A model generated the notes under the pieces. That model was not told where the DNA came from. It was given only the letters and a program-made list of their open reading frames with translations, and made no database searches. From a virus (lineage: Duplodnaviria; Heunggongvirae; Uroviricota; Caudoviricetes), in the IMG/VR virus record IMGVR_UViG_2671180676_000003: DNA of 45,001 nt; one strand, 5' to 3'. Shown here in pieces: positions 7,915 through 17,756 of the stretch (position 1 is the stretch's first letter; each line of letters opens with the position of its first letter). The translations under genes and the position numbers were made by a program.

Positions 7915-10230
7915 TCAGATTTTGCAGGCTCCGTCGCACTCATCTTCTGGCTCGACGGCTACAGCTTGCGCCAGTGGATTCTGCGGTTCGTCGTCATCAC
8001 GCTTTCCTGCCCCATCTCTGGTGTTGTGGTAGTAAAGCGTTTTAACTCCCATCTTGTAGGCGAGAAGCAAATCTGACAGTAGCGTCATCATTGGGACTTT
8101 ATCGCCTTCAAAGCGAGAAGGGTCATAGTTGGTATTGGCTGAAATAGCCTGGTCAAAGAACTTCTGGATGATCGCCACCTTTGTCAGATAGCCGCGGTTG
8201 TCCGGCATATCCCACAGGTATTCATACTGTTCCTTCAGTTTTTCAAACTCAGGCACGACCATCTTAACGATGCCGTCCTTAGAAGATTTCACCGACACCG
8301 GGCCACGAGGCGGTTCGATGCCGTTGGTGGAATTAGTGATCTGGCTGGAAGTCTCGCATGGCATTTGTGCCGTCAGTGTGGAGTTGCGAAGGCCGTATTT
8401 TGCAATACGTTCACGCAGTTCTTCCCACGGCATCTTTAACTCAAAGTTGGTTTCGCCACTTTCGTCTAATGAAGAACGGTAATGGTCGATCGGCAACTGA
8501 CCAATTGCGTACTTGGTCTGCTCAAACCAGTCACACTCACCTTTTGCTTCAGCAAGTCGGCAGCTGGCATCAAGAAGGTAATACTGGATAGCTTCGAATG
8601 TTTCATGCACCAGTTTATTGCCAGCGGTATCAGAATAACGAACGCCATTCTTTGCCAGGTAATAAGCAAAGTTGGTTACACCAATTCCCAAGCTACGACG
8701 AGCTTTGGCAGGCACTTCGGCTGCCTCCATCGGATAGTCTTGATAATCCAGTAACGAATCCAGTGCAGCAACGGCATAGAACGCCACCTCTTTAAGAGAC
8801 TCCAGTGAACGGATGGCTCCGAGGTTAAAAGCGGATAAAGTGCATAGCGCGATCTCACCGTTCGGGTCGTCGGTAAATGCCAGTGGACGGGTGGGTAGGG
8901 TGATCTCCATACACAGGTTTGACTGGCGAACAGGTGCAAGAGCAGGAATGAAAGCGCCATGCTCATTAATATGATCGACGTTCGCAATATAAATTCGGCC
9001 CGTGGACGCTCGTTCCTGCATCAGAGATGAGAACAGCTCAATGGCAGGTACTGACTTCTTGCGAATTGAATCATCGGCTTCGTATTTATGGTACAGCTTT
9101 TCAAACAGCTCCTGGTCTGTGAAGAAGGCTTCGTACATATCAGGCACATCATGCGGGCTGAACAGAGTGATGTTCTCGCTTCTGACGAGTCGACGGTACA
9201 TTAGACGGTTACTCATGACGCCGTAATCAAGATGGCGAACGCGGTTTTCATCAATACCACGGTTATTTTTCACCACCAGCAGACTTTCAACTTCAAGATG
9301 CCAGATCGGGTAAAACGCTGTTGCTGCGCCACCACGAACACCACCTTGCGAACAAGATTTAACAGCCGTCTGGAAATGCTTCAGGAATGGAATAACTCCA
9401 GTATGGGTGGCTTCACCATTGCGGATCTCGCTGCCCAGCGCACGGATACGGCCAAAACCAATACCAATTCCAGCACGACGTGAAACGTAGTCGATAATTG
9501 CGGCTGAAGCTGCACTAATCCCTTTCAGACTATCGCCAGACTCAATCAGCACACAACTGGAGAACTGACGGGTTGGAGTACGGACGCCGGCCATGATTGG
9601 TGTGGGCAGAGACAGTTTGAACGTACTTGTAACGTCATAGAAACCTTTGACCATCTCCATACGTGTTTTGCCAGCGCAGTCGTCTTCCCAATTCTGGAAC
9701 AGACACATGCCTACCAGCATATAGATATGTTGCGGTCCCTCATGAATCTCACCAGTAACACGGTTTTGAACGAGGTATTTGCTTTGCAACTGCACCGTAG
9801 CTGCATAGCCAAAAAGATCGTCACGTTTCGGCTTAATGTAATTGCCGAGTTCTTCGATCTCTTCAAACGAATAATGTGTCAGCAAATCCTTGTCATAAAC
9901 GCCCTTGTTAACGTTCTTGACAATGTGTTGGTAGAAGTTCGGATAGTCGTAACGACCGAAGGCATCTTTGCGGATTTTAAAAATGTTCAGGCGGGCAGCC
10001 ACCTGTGAGTAATTTGGTGCTTCTGGTGAGATCAAATCAGCGGCAGATTTAACCAAAGCCTCATGCAACTGGCTGGTGGTCATCCCATCAAAAATGCTGG
10101 CCGCAGCTCCCATTGCTACAGCGGATGCGCTTACACCACGAATGCCTTCTACGCCATACATTACGACGCGGTTGTATTTTTCTTCGGATAACGGCTCTGT
10201 TTGGCCGTTACGTTTTACGATGCTTATCAT
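7915..10230 (-). CDS. nrdA: Ribonucleoside-diphosphate reductase class Ia alpha subunit
   Basis: 771 aa, collinear with E. coli NrdA across the whole length (e.g. YLVQNRVTGEI, SLPTPIMAGVRTPTRQFSSCVLIE, FQTAVKSCSQGGVRGGAAT, PCETSSQI, C-terminal CxxxxCKI). Confidence 0.95.
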   Translation of the reverse strand: MISIVKRNGQTEPLSEEKYNRVVMYGVEGIRGVSASAVAMGAAASIFDGMTTSQLHEALVKSAADLISPEAPNYSQVAARLNIFKIRKDAFGRYDYPNFYQHIVKNVNKGVYDKDLLTHYSFEEIEELGNYIKPKRDDLFGYAATVQLQSKYLVQNRVTGEIHEGPQHIYMLVGMCLFQNWEDDCAGKTRMEMVKGFYDVTSTFKLSLPTPIMAGVRTPTRQFSSCVLIESGDSLKGISAASAAIIDYVSRRAGIGIGFGRIRALGSEIRNGEATHTGVIPFLKHFQTAVKSCSQGGVRGGAATAFYPIWHLEVESLLVVKNNRGIDENRVRHLDYGVMSNRLMYRRLVRSENITLFSPHDVPDMYEAFFTDQELFEKLYHKYEADDSIRKKSVPAIELFSSLMQERASTGRIYIANVDHINEHGAFIPALAPVRQSNLCMEITLPTRPLAFTDDPNGEIALCTLSAFNLGAIRSLESLKEVAFYAVAALDSLLDYQDYPMEAAEVPAKARRSLGIGVTNFAYYLAKNGVRYSDTAGNKLVHETFEAIQYYLLDASCRLAEAKGECDWFEQTKYAIGQLPIDHYRSSLDESGETNFELKMPWEELRERIAKYGLRNSTLTAQMPCETSSQITNSTNGIEPPRGPVSVKSSKDGIVKMVVPEFEKLKEQYEYLWDMPDNRGYLTKVAIIQKFFDQAISANTNYDPSRFEGDKVPMMTLLSDLLLAYKMGVKTLYYHNTRDGAGKRDDDEPQNPLAQAVAVEPEDECDGACKI

Positions 10231-10303
10231 GTATCACCAAATAAAGAGGGCCACTAAATATAGTGGCCCATGTTAATAGATAAGCACTTACCTATCAATG
10301 AAA

Positions 10304-10873
10304 TCAAATGAGAGACTTAAGAACATCGCGCACCTGGCGGAACTGATCTGTTTGCATACCGGTATGGATGGCAGCCACCGCATCAGCCAAATGTTCGTTT
10401 TTGTTCACGAGAACATCCTGTCCAGATTGCTTACGACGCAGCCACGGTGCTTTAGGGTGTTTTTTCGTAGCCCACTGGATAATCTCTTCTTTCGATGTAG
10501 TAAGTTTATTGCCGACAAAATGCTTGATTTCGTTTGGAGTAACCTGGATCAATGGCTTATCCACACACGCAAGTACACCGATACAAATACCGTAAGACGT
10601 CTGCGAACGAGAGTTTTGGCTCCCAACCGGTAGCTCACAAAAAACCATATTTGCCTTATCAATGATTGGCTTCGCAACACGCCATATTTCACTGGCTCGG
10701 CGCAGATCGTCACTGTTCACACGAACGGTCTTTTTGTTACTCCCCGCTTTAGTCTCAACAAGAGTAAGGCCGTGAATCTCAAGTTCGTCCGTCTCAAGGT
10801 CTAAAGTGCCCACAGCAAGCCCAAAGTTGCTCATTGAGGGATCAACACCAACTACGCTGATTTTTTTACTCAT
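10304..10873 (-). CDS. RuvC-like Holliday junction resolvase (RNase H-fold nuclease)
   Basis: N-terminus KISVVGVDPSMSNFGLAV resembles the RuvC ILGIDPGSRVTGYGV catalytic start; downstream E and HLADAVAAIH motifs match the RuvC acidic pattern. Confidence 0.6.
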   Translation of the reverse strand: MSKKISVVGVDPSMSNFGLAVGTLDLETDELEIHGLTLVETKAGSNKKTVRVNSDDLRRASEIWRVAKPIIDKANMVFCELPVGSQNSRSQTSYGICIGVLACVDKPLIQVTPNEIKHFVGNKLTTSKEEIIQWATKKHPKAPWLRRKQSGQDVLVNKNEHLADAVAAIHTGMQTDQFRQVRDVLKSLI

Positions 10874-10882
10874 ATAGTCTCC

Positions 10883-11641
10883 TTACCATGTTCCCCATAT
10901 AGGGTTTTCCAATAATCTCGCCTCCAACGAATTGGCTACTATTGCCGTTTGCAACGTTGGTTGGGGATAGTTTGCAAAGTCTGAATACTCATTTTCCTGC
11001 GTGACACGTTTATCTGCGGCATGTTTATCTGCGGCATGTTTTACACCACTTGCTATGAAATGACGCATGATGCCCAACAGCCTCCGACTGTCTGCACTAT
11101 CGTTTGCTAAAACATGAGGGAGCTGAAGTTCGATTTCTACCATTTCTCCATACTTACCAACAAACTGTAGTTTGTCCGCACTGTACTTTTTATCCCTCCT
11201 TTGGATAAGGAAACCAGTAAAAGCATCACCTGGCGATGCCAAACTATCCACCCGCTTATTGGCAAGTCGAATAAGGTTCGTGAAAGCCATACAGTGATGC
11301 GCACCCATTCCCCCAAAGAACCCTTCGCTATTAATGTTAAGATCTTCAGTTTCATGGGATGCAATAAACCCAGGCCCGACGTTGGGAAGATATCCCCCCT
11401 CAACAAAAGGATTAATCAGGATCGGCGCAATACATCCAGGTGGTAGTGATTTCAAACTTTGCATCAATGGCGTCTCGGATATTAGACCAAGCAACGCGGC
11501 GAATTGTACTCCGTCAATATTGTTGCTGCCCCACAGAATACGTGGAGCCGCACCATTGGAAGTATGCCCATTGATCAGTTTTATCGACTGCATCACTGCA
11601 AATACCTGCAAAAACTGCGAGCGGCTTAATTTAAACGACAT
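10883..11641 (-). CDS. Hypothetical protein with internal KHAAD tandem duplication
   Basis: 252 aa ORF; 15-bp perfect tandem repeat at about 11003-11042 encodes KHAADKHAADK. Confidence 0.5.
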   Translation of the reverse strand: MSFKLSRSQFLQVFAVMQSIKLINGHTSNGAAPRILWGSNNIDGVQFAALLGLISETPLMQSLKSLPPGCIAPILINPFVEGGYLPNVGPGFIASHETEDLNINSEGFFGGMGAHHCMAFTNLIRLANKRVDSLASPGDAFTGFLIQRRDKKYSADKLQFVGKYGEMVEIELQLPHVLANDSADSRRLLGIMRHFIASGVKHAADKHAADKRVTQENEYSDFANYPQPTLQTAIVANSLEARLLENPIWGTW

Positions 11642-13547
11642 AGCTGCGCCCCTCTTTAACTTCCAGCGTAATAGTTTCCCGGAACCATGACTTCATCTCT
11701 TTATGGGAGATAATCAGCACAGTACCTCGCTCGCGAGCTTTGGACTCCAGAATACCCATGAGGCGTTCAAGACCGGCTGTATCGAGTGCATCGTCAATTT
11801 CGTCGCCGATAAACAAATCGATGTTTTTACTCGCCCGGTTACTAACCAGATCCTGCAATGCCAAAGAACACGCAATGCGAACCTTCCGCTTCTCACCACC
11901 AGAGAGGGTCTGGAACGACTTACTTGAACCTTTCTTCTGCACACTAATGTTGAATTTGTCGCGATACTCACCTTTTTTAGTGACATCCATCGTCGACCAC
12001 TCAGCAGTAATATTCCCGTCAGACAACGTATTGAGATACTCGGCAGTGCGTGTATTCAGGAAAGGCGTAACAGACGTCAAAATATGAGAACGCACCCCGG
12101 CAGGAGAGTAGACCTGACGAGCTTTTTCCAATAGCAACGTTTGTTCCTGAATAGCCTTCAACTCATCTTTTAAGGACTTGAAGGTAGACTTACTGGATAC
12201 CAGGTTATCTTCGTGTCTGGCGATAAGAGCAATAAACGGATTAATCTCTTTTGATATACGATCGACCTCAGTACGAGCACGAGTCACAAGAGACTCAATA
12301 GCAACAACCTCCTTCTCACGATGACGCAAAGATGAGAGTTGTTTCGTAAGCTCTTCAATCCGGGCAATGATAGCCGTTACATCAGGTGTCGTTTTAACAA
12401 GGGCAGACTCAATGCTTAACGCTTTCTCAAGATTCGTTTTGTGTTTAGCCATTGCCTCTGCAAGTGTCTTCGCCTGACCAATTTCCTGACGTGCTTGTTC
12501 AATGAAATTCTCCTTCACCGTTGATAGATCTTCTTCGCAGTAGGCTTTGCCACAAGTAGGGCATGGTGATCCCACTTTAGTACCAACCTCTTCTGCTTTA
12601 GTCTTAAAATTACGCGCGCGGTTCATTGCATCAGCCTGACTATTTTCTGTAGCTTTGATGCTTGCCCGAATATCAGTTATCGCACCACGAACTTTGAGCA
12701 ACTTGGCGTCATGTTCTTCTTTTGAGGCTAACTTTTTGCGCTCACTTTCGATTGCCTTCTCGGTATCACGGATCTGTTCGGGAAGAGTGCGGATCTCAAG
12801 TTCAACTTCCGTTAACTCAACTTCGGCACTGGCCAGCCCAGCCAGGGCATCGTCATAACGTTTAGAACGCTCTTGCTCCCATGATTCAGAGGAGGCTTTC
12901 GCTGACTCAATTTCTGACTGTGTTGCCTCAATGGTCGAGATTGTCGACTCCAATTTGGTTTTAACCACATCCATACGTGCGGCAGCTGCATTAGCTCGCT
13001 CACGAGCAATAGCGTAGGCGCGTGTCAGTCTGTCAACGCCAGCGGCTTCTTCTACGATGGTTTTGAGGTTTTTGTCGGACATTCCAGGTAAATCTGGCAT
13101 AGCTTCTTGGCTCGCATAGATGGAAGCCATGAAAACCTCTTTAGATGCACCGATCAGACGCTCGACGAACTCTTGCGTCAGCGCATCTTTGCCTTTCGTC
13201 ATATCGCCATCTTCACCACGAACGATAAGACGATTTTTGAACTCTTTGTGTTTACGGTGACGAATGATCGCATATCTCTTGCCTTCATCCTCGATGGTTA
13301 CTGCAACACGACAGTTCTTTTCATGGTCGGTAGACAACACATCGTCACCCTTCACACCATGAGCTGTTTCGCCATAAAGACACCACATCAGGCTATTCAT
13401 TAGAGTTGACTTTCCAGAGCCATTACTTGATGCGGAACTATCATCACTATTAACACCCTGAATGAGCACTAAACCACGCTGATCTAACTCGACCTCCGCG
13501 CTGGCGATAGCCATAAAATTCTCAACCTGGAGCTTTAAAAACTTCAT
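11631..13547 (-). CDS. SbcC/Rad50-like SMC-family ATPase
   Basis: N-terminal Walker A (NGSGKST), long coiled-coil region, central CPTCG zinc-hook-like motif, C-terminal signature/Walker B region (LSGGEKRK, LFIGDEID). Adjacent to the SbcD-like gene. Confidence 0.8.
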   Translation of the reverse strand: MKFLKLQVENFMAIASAEVELDQRGLVLIQGVNSDDSSASSNGSGKSTLMNSLMWCLYGETAHGVKGDDVLSTDHEKNCRVAVTIEDEGKRYAIIRHRKHKEFKNRLIVRGEDGDMTKGKDALTQEFVERLIGASKEVFMASIYASQEAMPDLPGMSDKNLKTIVEEAAGVDRLTRAYAIARERANAAAARMDVVKTKLESTISTIEATQSEIESAKASSESWEQERSKRYDDALAGLASAEVELTEVELEIRTLPEQIRDTEKAIESERKKLASKEEHDAKLLKVRGAITDIRASIKATENSQADAMNRARNFKTKAEEVGTKVGSPCPTCGKAYCEEDLSTVKENFIEQARQEIGQAKTLAEAMAKHKTNLEKALSIESALVKTTPDVTAIIARIEELTKQLSSLRHREKEVVAIESLVTRARTEVDRISKEINPFIALIARHEDNLVSSKSTFKSLKDELKAIQEQTLLLEKARQVYSPAGVRSHILTSVTPFLNTRTAEYLNTLSDGNITAEWSTMDVTKKGEYRDKFNISVQKKGSSKSFQTLSGGEKRKVRIACSLALQDLVSNRASKNIDLFIGDEIDDALDTAGLERLMGILESKARERGTVLIISHKEMKSWFRETITLEVKEGRSYVV

Positions 13548-13822
13548 ATAACACCTTTGATACCGTGTGTTAGCTTTTGACCTTCTTTCAATCTGAACTC
13601 CGTATGCGCCGGGAAGGATCTGCGCCTCAATACGCCTTTTCTGGTTAACCTTCCAAGATAAAACGCTACGGGATTTCCTTGTGGCGGGTAGGGCTTGTGA
13701 AACATCACCGTCTGGCCTCGTTCAAGTCTTTTCATCGTGATGGCAAAGTCTCGAAAGCTCCCATAACGACTTTGCCTCACACAGCCTCCGAACTCTCCGC
13801 TTCGGTGAGGATTTCCTGACAC
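13544..13822 (-). CDS. Hypothetical small basic protein
   Basis: 92 aa Arg/Lys-rich ORF filling the gap between the sbcD-like and sbcC-like genes; its stop overlaps the sbcC ATG as ATGA. Confidence 0.3.
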   Translation of the reverse strand: MSGNPHRSGEFGGCVRQSRYGSFRDFAITMKRLERGQTVMFHKPYPPQGNPVAFYLGRLTRKGVLRRRSFPAHTEFRLKEGQKLTHGIKGVI

Positions 13823-14862
13823 AAAATATCCAACTTGCTCAGATCAAATCCGCCGTCAGTATCGTGGACAATCTTGCAATAAGCAGATACCGACTCTCCC
13901 AGGCTATCGATTTTGCTGGTTTCCGTTGTGCTTGCTGTCCCTTCCATCATTGATGACTTACGGATGAAGTTGCACACGACACCTTTTGCACCCATTGTTT
14001 TGAGGATGTTCTGGTACTTAATGCCTTCTTCATCGTTCTCAATTACGGCGCGGAAACGCACGTAGTTGCCGCGAATTTGGTCATCGGCAACATAATCTTC
14101 CAGGTTAATGAATTTAGGCGCACTGGTTTCGTAGTGACTGAAACTGCCGTCCGGGTTTACGATCATGTAACCAGCCAGAGATCCAACATCTCCCCAATTT
14201 TGATGGGTCAGCGCACCGACACTGATAACTCCAGGAATGACCTCTTTGTGGTTGTGGTAATGCCCACTAAGCACGAGACGAAAGCCGATATCCTTTAACT
14301 CCTGCGCATCGATACCGACGTCAGGCATTGTTGGAATGGCTTTGTTAATGGATGTATGGATAACAACGTCATGATTATCACCTTCTACGCTCTTACGTAA
14401 TGCTTTCAGATCGCTGATAAGCTCCGCATGATTGTTACGCCAGCTAATCAGGTGGACAGTCACATCACCAATTTTTATTGAGTGTGGGCGTTTGCCACAT
14501 ACGATTACCACGCCGATAGAACTCAGCGATGCTGCTGCGTTGGCGCTATATACTGAATCGTTGGTTTCAAGATCGTGATTACCGGCCAGCATTACTACTG
14601 TCAGATCAAGCTCGTTGATAATCCACTTGTACGTTTCAGTTACGTAATGCAAAACAGAAGGGGACACAGTTCCTCGGACGTGAAATGTATCACCGGCAAC
14701 CAACATGTACTTACAACCGGCCTTCTTCATGGCGATGGCTGCTTCTTTCGTTGCTTCCAACTGTATTTCAAGTCTGGAGTTAAGCCCCTCTGCGTTCGTC
14801 GTGGAGAACGCATCCCATTTGTGGTAGTGGCAGTCAGAAATGACGCCGTATGGCAAAGTCAT
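13777..14862 (-). CDS. SbcD/Mre11-like calcineurin-type phosphoesterase nuclease
   Basis: Phosphoesterase motifs DCHYH, GDTFH, GNHD, GHYH in canonical order. Confidence 0.85.
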   Translation of the reverse strand: MTLPYGVISDCHYHKWDAFSTTNAEGLNSRLEIQLEATKEAAIAMKKAGCKYMLVAGDTFHVRGTVSPSVLHYVTETYKWIINELDLTVVMLAGNHDLETNDSVYSANAAASLSSIGVVIVCGKRPHSIKIGDVTVHLISWRNNHAELISDLKALRKSVEGDNHDVVIHTSINKAIPTMPDVGIDAQELKDIGFRLVLSGHYHNHKEVIPGVISVGALTHQNWGDVGSLAGYMIVNPDGSFSHYETSAPKFINLEDYVADDQIRGNYVRFRAVIENDEEGIKYQNILKTMGAKGVVCNFIRKSSMMEGTASTTETSKIDSLGESVSAYCKIVHDTDGGFDLSKLDILCQEILTEAESSEAV

Positions 14863-15116
14863 GTGTTTTTCCTTTGTGGTTATTTTGATACAAATTTTAA
14901 GAGCAATGAGAAGGTAAACAACTATGCATAACGGTATGTTAGGAATGAAACGAGCGTCTTAATATACAAAATTTATAAGTAAGTATATACCTATTTATTG
15001 TGGCGCAACTTTGCTTGTCTGTATGACTAAAAATAAGACAGGATCACTGTAGAACGCTATGAGAGCTATTTTGAGGAGGCGTAGATTCTATCTACGCCAA
15101 TATACGATCTGGAGGG

Positions 15117-15761
15117 TTACAGCGCGTCAGTGGGCTTTTTACGCGCTGCGTTTATGCTTATGACGCCAGCTTTTGGACGTGGGTCAACAAGGTTAAGCTC
15201 TTCTTCGCTGTGGTATTCGAGGTCGAACTCACGTTTTACATGTCTGATGTAGATTGCGGTGAGCAGGCTATCTTTGGTCAGAAAGTGTCCGTAGGATTTG
15301 CGGATCACTTCTTCTACCTTCTCGATTTTCTCACCACCCATACAGAGATGATTAAACCGGCTGTGTTTCCGCAACATTTCGTCTACTGGGCCTGAGTAAA
15401 CCTTGTCTACTTTCCCAAAACGGATGATTTTTCCTGTGTCTGCGGATACGAGGCAAATCAGCTTGTCTGGTGATAAACGATCTCGCCACGTCACACCTGA
15501 ACGGAGTGTGTTGAAGTAGGGGGCATCCAATCCGATGATCGGTTTACGAAATGCGAGTAATGGAACGTACCTGATGCAACTGTTTAAATGAAAATTCACA
15601 CCAGCCTTATCAAGTTTAATTCTGGTTTCGTAGATCGGGCACTTCGCCGCTATACCGCAGATGTCACAAAGCAACTTCTGCTTATTCAGGTTGGAATTTG
15701 ATTCGATAGTGTAGGAGCCGTCTTCAAGACGACGAACCCAGCGCGTGCGTTTTAGATCCAT
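15117..15761 (-). CDS. Hypothetical protein
   Basis: 214 aa ORF containing a CDICG...C cysteine cluster; function unknown. Confidence 0.5.
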   Translation of the reverse strand: MDLKRTRWVRRLEDGSYTIESNSNLNKQKLLCDICGIAAKCPIYETRIKLDKAGVNFHLNSCIRYVPLLAFRKPIIGLDAPYFNTLRSGVTWRDRLSPDKLICLVSADTGKIIRFGKVDKVYSGPVDEMLRKHSRFNHLCMGGEKIEKVEEVIRKSYGHFLTKDSLLTAIYIRHVKREFDLEYHSEEELNLVDPRPKAGVISINAARKKPTDAL

Positions 15762-15846
15762 ATGTCATTTTTCTGTGATTGTTAGCCGAGGCAACGATAA
15801 CCCACCAGGTGCGCCGAAGGTAGTAAATGCCTGTTTTAATTATTCA

Positions 15847-15925
15847 CATATCCACAGGATAGATCCTAATAAAGAGATCCATAGATAGATCCTTATATAG
15901 ATCAAATAAGATCCCCGATCGCTGT
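15847..15925. promoter_or_regulatory. Origin-like region: DnaA-box-like site (ATATCCACA) followed by a cluster of six GATC sites
   Basis: TATCCACA at 15849-15856; GATC at about 15863, 15876, 15888, 15899, 15911 and 15918. This resembles the DnaA box plus GATC-heptamer arrangement of P1-type origins (established knowledge). Confidence 0.45.
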
Positions 15926-15960
15926 AAGCCGCGCCACGACTGGTCTGAAGTCATGTTCAT

Positions 15961-16062
15961 GTATGCTGTCAGCGGTAATTGATAGTCTGTCAGCGGTTCA
16001 CCGTATGCTGCCAACTGTTTTTGGTATTCTGTCAGCGGCAAATCAAGTATGCTGTCAGCGGT
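15961..16062. repeat. Upstream iteron array (about five copies of TATGCTGTCAGCGGT-like 15-mers)
   Basis: Direct repeats (ATGCTGTCAGCGGT, TCTGTCAGCGGT, ATGCTGCCAACTG, TTCTGTCAGCGGC, ATGCTGTCAGCGGT) immediately 5' of the rep gene. Confidence 0.75.
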
Positions 16063-16082
16063 TGAATGACAAAGGTGTCCAC

Positions 16083-17177
16083 ATGTCCACAAAAAATAAA
16101 AAAGGTAAAAATAACAAAGAAGTAGAAGATAACATCGACAACTTTGAAGAAGGTTCCCTTGAATTGTACACAGGGGAACTTGTCCCTAATAGCAACAATA
16201 CAGTCCAACCAATTGCGTTGATGCGACTGGGGTTGTTCGTCCCCACGCTTAAGGGAACAAAATACAGTAAACGTAACAAGCCAAATGAGATCGATGCTTC
16301 AAAGGAGCTTGTCCAGCTCGAAGTAGCCCGTTCTGAAGGCTATTCCGATATCAAGATAACCGGTCCTCGTCTCGACATGGATCATGATTTCAAAACGTGG
16401 GTGGGCGTTGTGCGTTCGCTGGCAGAATACGGCGAACCTAACGGTCGTGTCGAGTTAAGCATCACGAAATTTGCTAAGTTTTGTGGCTATCCATCGTCAC
16501 AGATCCGCAAAACACTCCGCGACCGGCTTACAAACAGTCTTTTGAAGATCATGCGTACAACTCTGTCTTTCCAGAGAACGTATGAAGAAAAGAACGTCGA
16601 CGGCTCTAACAAGATCTCGCTTCTGATGGTGCACCTCATCAATAGCGTGGACTACAACGAGCAGAAAGATACGGTGGTGTTCTATGCAGAACCGAAGCTG
16701 GCCGAACTATATCGCTTTGACCATAAGGTTCTTTTGCAGTTAAAGGTTATCAATAAGCTACCACGCAAAGAAACAGCACAGGCTCTGTACACCTTCATCG
16801 AAAGTCTTCCAACCAAGCCTGCGCCGGTATCGCTTGCTCGATTGCGTGCGCGACTCAATTTGAGTAGCAGGAATGTCAGCTCGCAGAATCAGACTATACG
16901 TAACGGCTTAAAAGCTCTCCAAGATTTGGGCTATCTCGAATACAGCGAGATTAAGCGTGGGCGGTCGATCTATATCCAGATTCACAGCCGCAATCCAAAA
17001 CTCAAAGTCGCACCGCCAAAACCTGAAGACATCGAACCCAAAAAACCAGATGAGAAAGCTGGGGAAATTGATGCCAAACAGAACATTATCAACAAGATAA
17101 CCGAACTTTCGCAGAATTTGACGCCTGAAAATATCAAGATGATTGAGATCCTTTCCAATAGTCTCAAACTGCTTTGA
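16083..17177 (+). CDS. Iteron-binding plasmid replication initiator (Rep), inferred from context
   Basis: 364 aa from the ATG at 16083 (AAAGGTG Shine-Dalgarno); basic N-terminus; flanked on both sides by iteron arrays. The longer ORF start at 15963 lies in the iterons and is rejected. Confidence 0.65.
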   Translation: MSTKNKKGKNNKEVEDNIDNFEEGSLELYTGELVPNSNNTVQPIALMRLGLFVPTLKGTKYSKRNKPNEIDASKELVQLEVARSEGYSDIKITGPRLDMDHDFKTWVGVVRSLAEYGEPNGRVELSITKFAKFCGYPSSQIRKTLRDRLTNSLLKIMRTTLSFQRTYEEKNVDGSNKISLLMVHLINSVDYNEQKDTVVFYAEPKLAELYRFDHKVLLQLKVINKLPRKETAQALYTFIESLPTKPAPVSLARLRARLNLSSRNVSSQNQTIRNGLKALQDLGYLEYSEIKRGRSIYIQIHSRNPKLKVAPPKPEDIEPKKPDEKAGEIDAKQNIINKITELSQNLTPENIKMIEILSNSLKLL

Positions 17178-17709
17178 TATGCTGTCAGCGGTGAAATGTA
17201 TGCTATCAGCGGCTATTTTTCTGAAAAGTATGCTGTGAACGGTTAAAGATATGCTACCAGCGGTATAGTGAGATGAACGTATGCTGTGAGCGGTAAATCA
17301 TCTATCACCACTCAATGCTCTGTCATACCTCCCCAGTGGTTACTAACCTCGAAGAGTGCATTCCATATAGGTTTGCGCTCACTAACATTCTATTGCTATT
17401 GCGCTGATTGCTTGTAGTGAAAGGCATTTATTGCCTGCTACTCCCTGATAGAACGTATGCTGTCAGCGGTGTTTTATTGAGGAATTTTTGTTTGGATATG
17501 CTATCAGCGGTAATTAATGGCATATGTCAGACATTCGTATGCTGCCAGCGGTAATTTTGTTCTGGTTATACCCATACCGGTACACATTATTCATGCAATG
17601 TCTTAAGTATGCTGTCAGCGGTAAAAAATCGAGTAAAGTATGCTGTGAGCGGTGAGATAGACTCTCGATATGCTATCAGCGGTAGTTGATTGTGTATGCT
17701 GTCAGCGGT
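17178..17709. repeat. Downstream iteron array (about 12 copies of the TATGCTGTCAGCGGT family)
   Basis: Copies at about 17178, 17199, 17230, 17251, 17280, 17456, 17497, 17537, 17617, 17638, 17668 and 17695 with minor variants (ATCAGCGG, GTGAGCGG, CCAGCGG); irregular spacing. Confidence 0.8.
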
Positions 17710-17756
17710 GACGACTATGAAATATGACTGCGGAACGTGCCGCAGTCAGTTTGCAT

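Noticed and set aside
6667-10230. Possible group I intron or intein in nrdA, nrdB or thyA, as seen in some phages
   Set aside because: nrdA and nrdB are collinear with E. coli proteins without interruption; the thyA insertions are in-frame protein sequence with no homing-endonuclease-like ORF.
1393-13403. Numerous plus-strand track ORFs inside minus-strand genes (e.g. 1393-1710, 2561-3199, 8198-8482, 9727-10008, 11740-12087, 13107-13403)
   Set aside because: They are antisense shadows of well-supported minus-strand genes, with low-complexity translations and no start context.
15844-16092. Track ORF 15844-16092 (minus) and the N-terminal extension of the rep ORF from 15963
   Set aside because: Both run through the iteron and DnaA-box region; the rep gene has a good ATG with Shine-Dalgarno at 16083.
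15961-17709. Possible CRISPR array (many short direct repeats)
   Set aside because: Repeat unit is only about 15 bp, spacing is irregular (5-160 bp), the arrays flank a rep gene and no cas genes are present; these are iterons.
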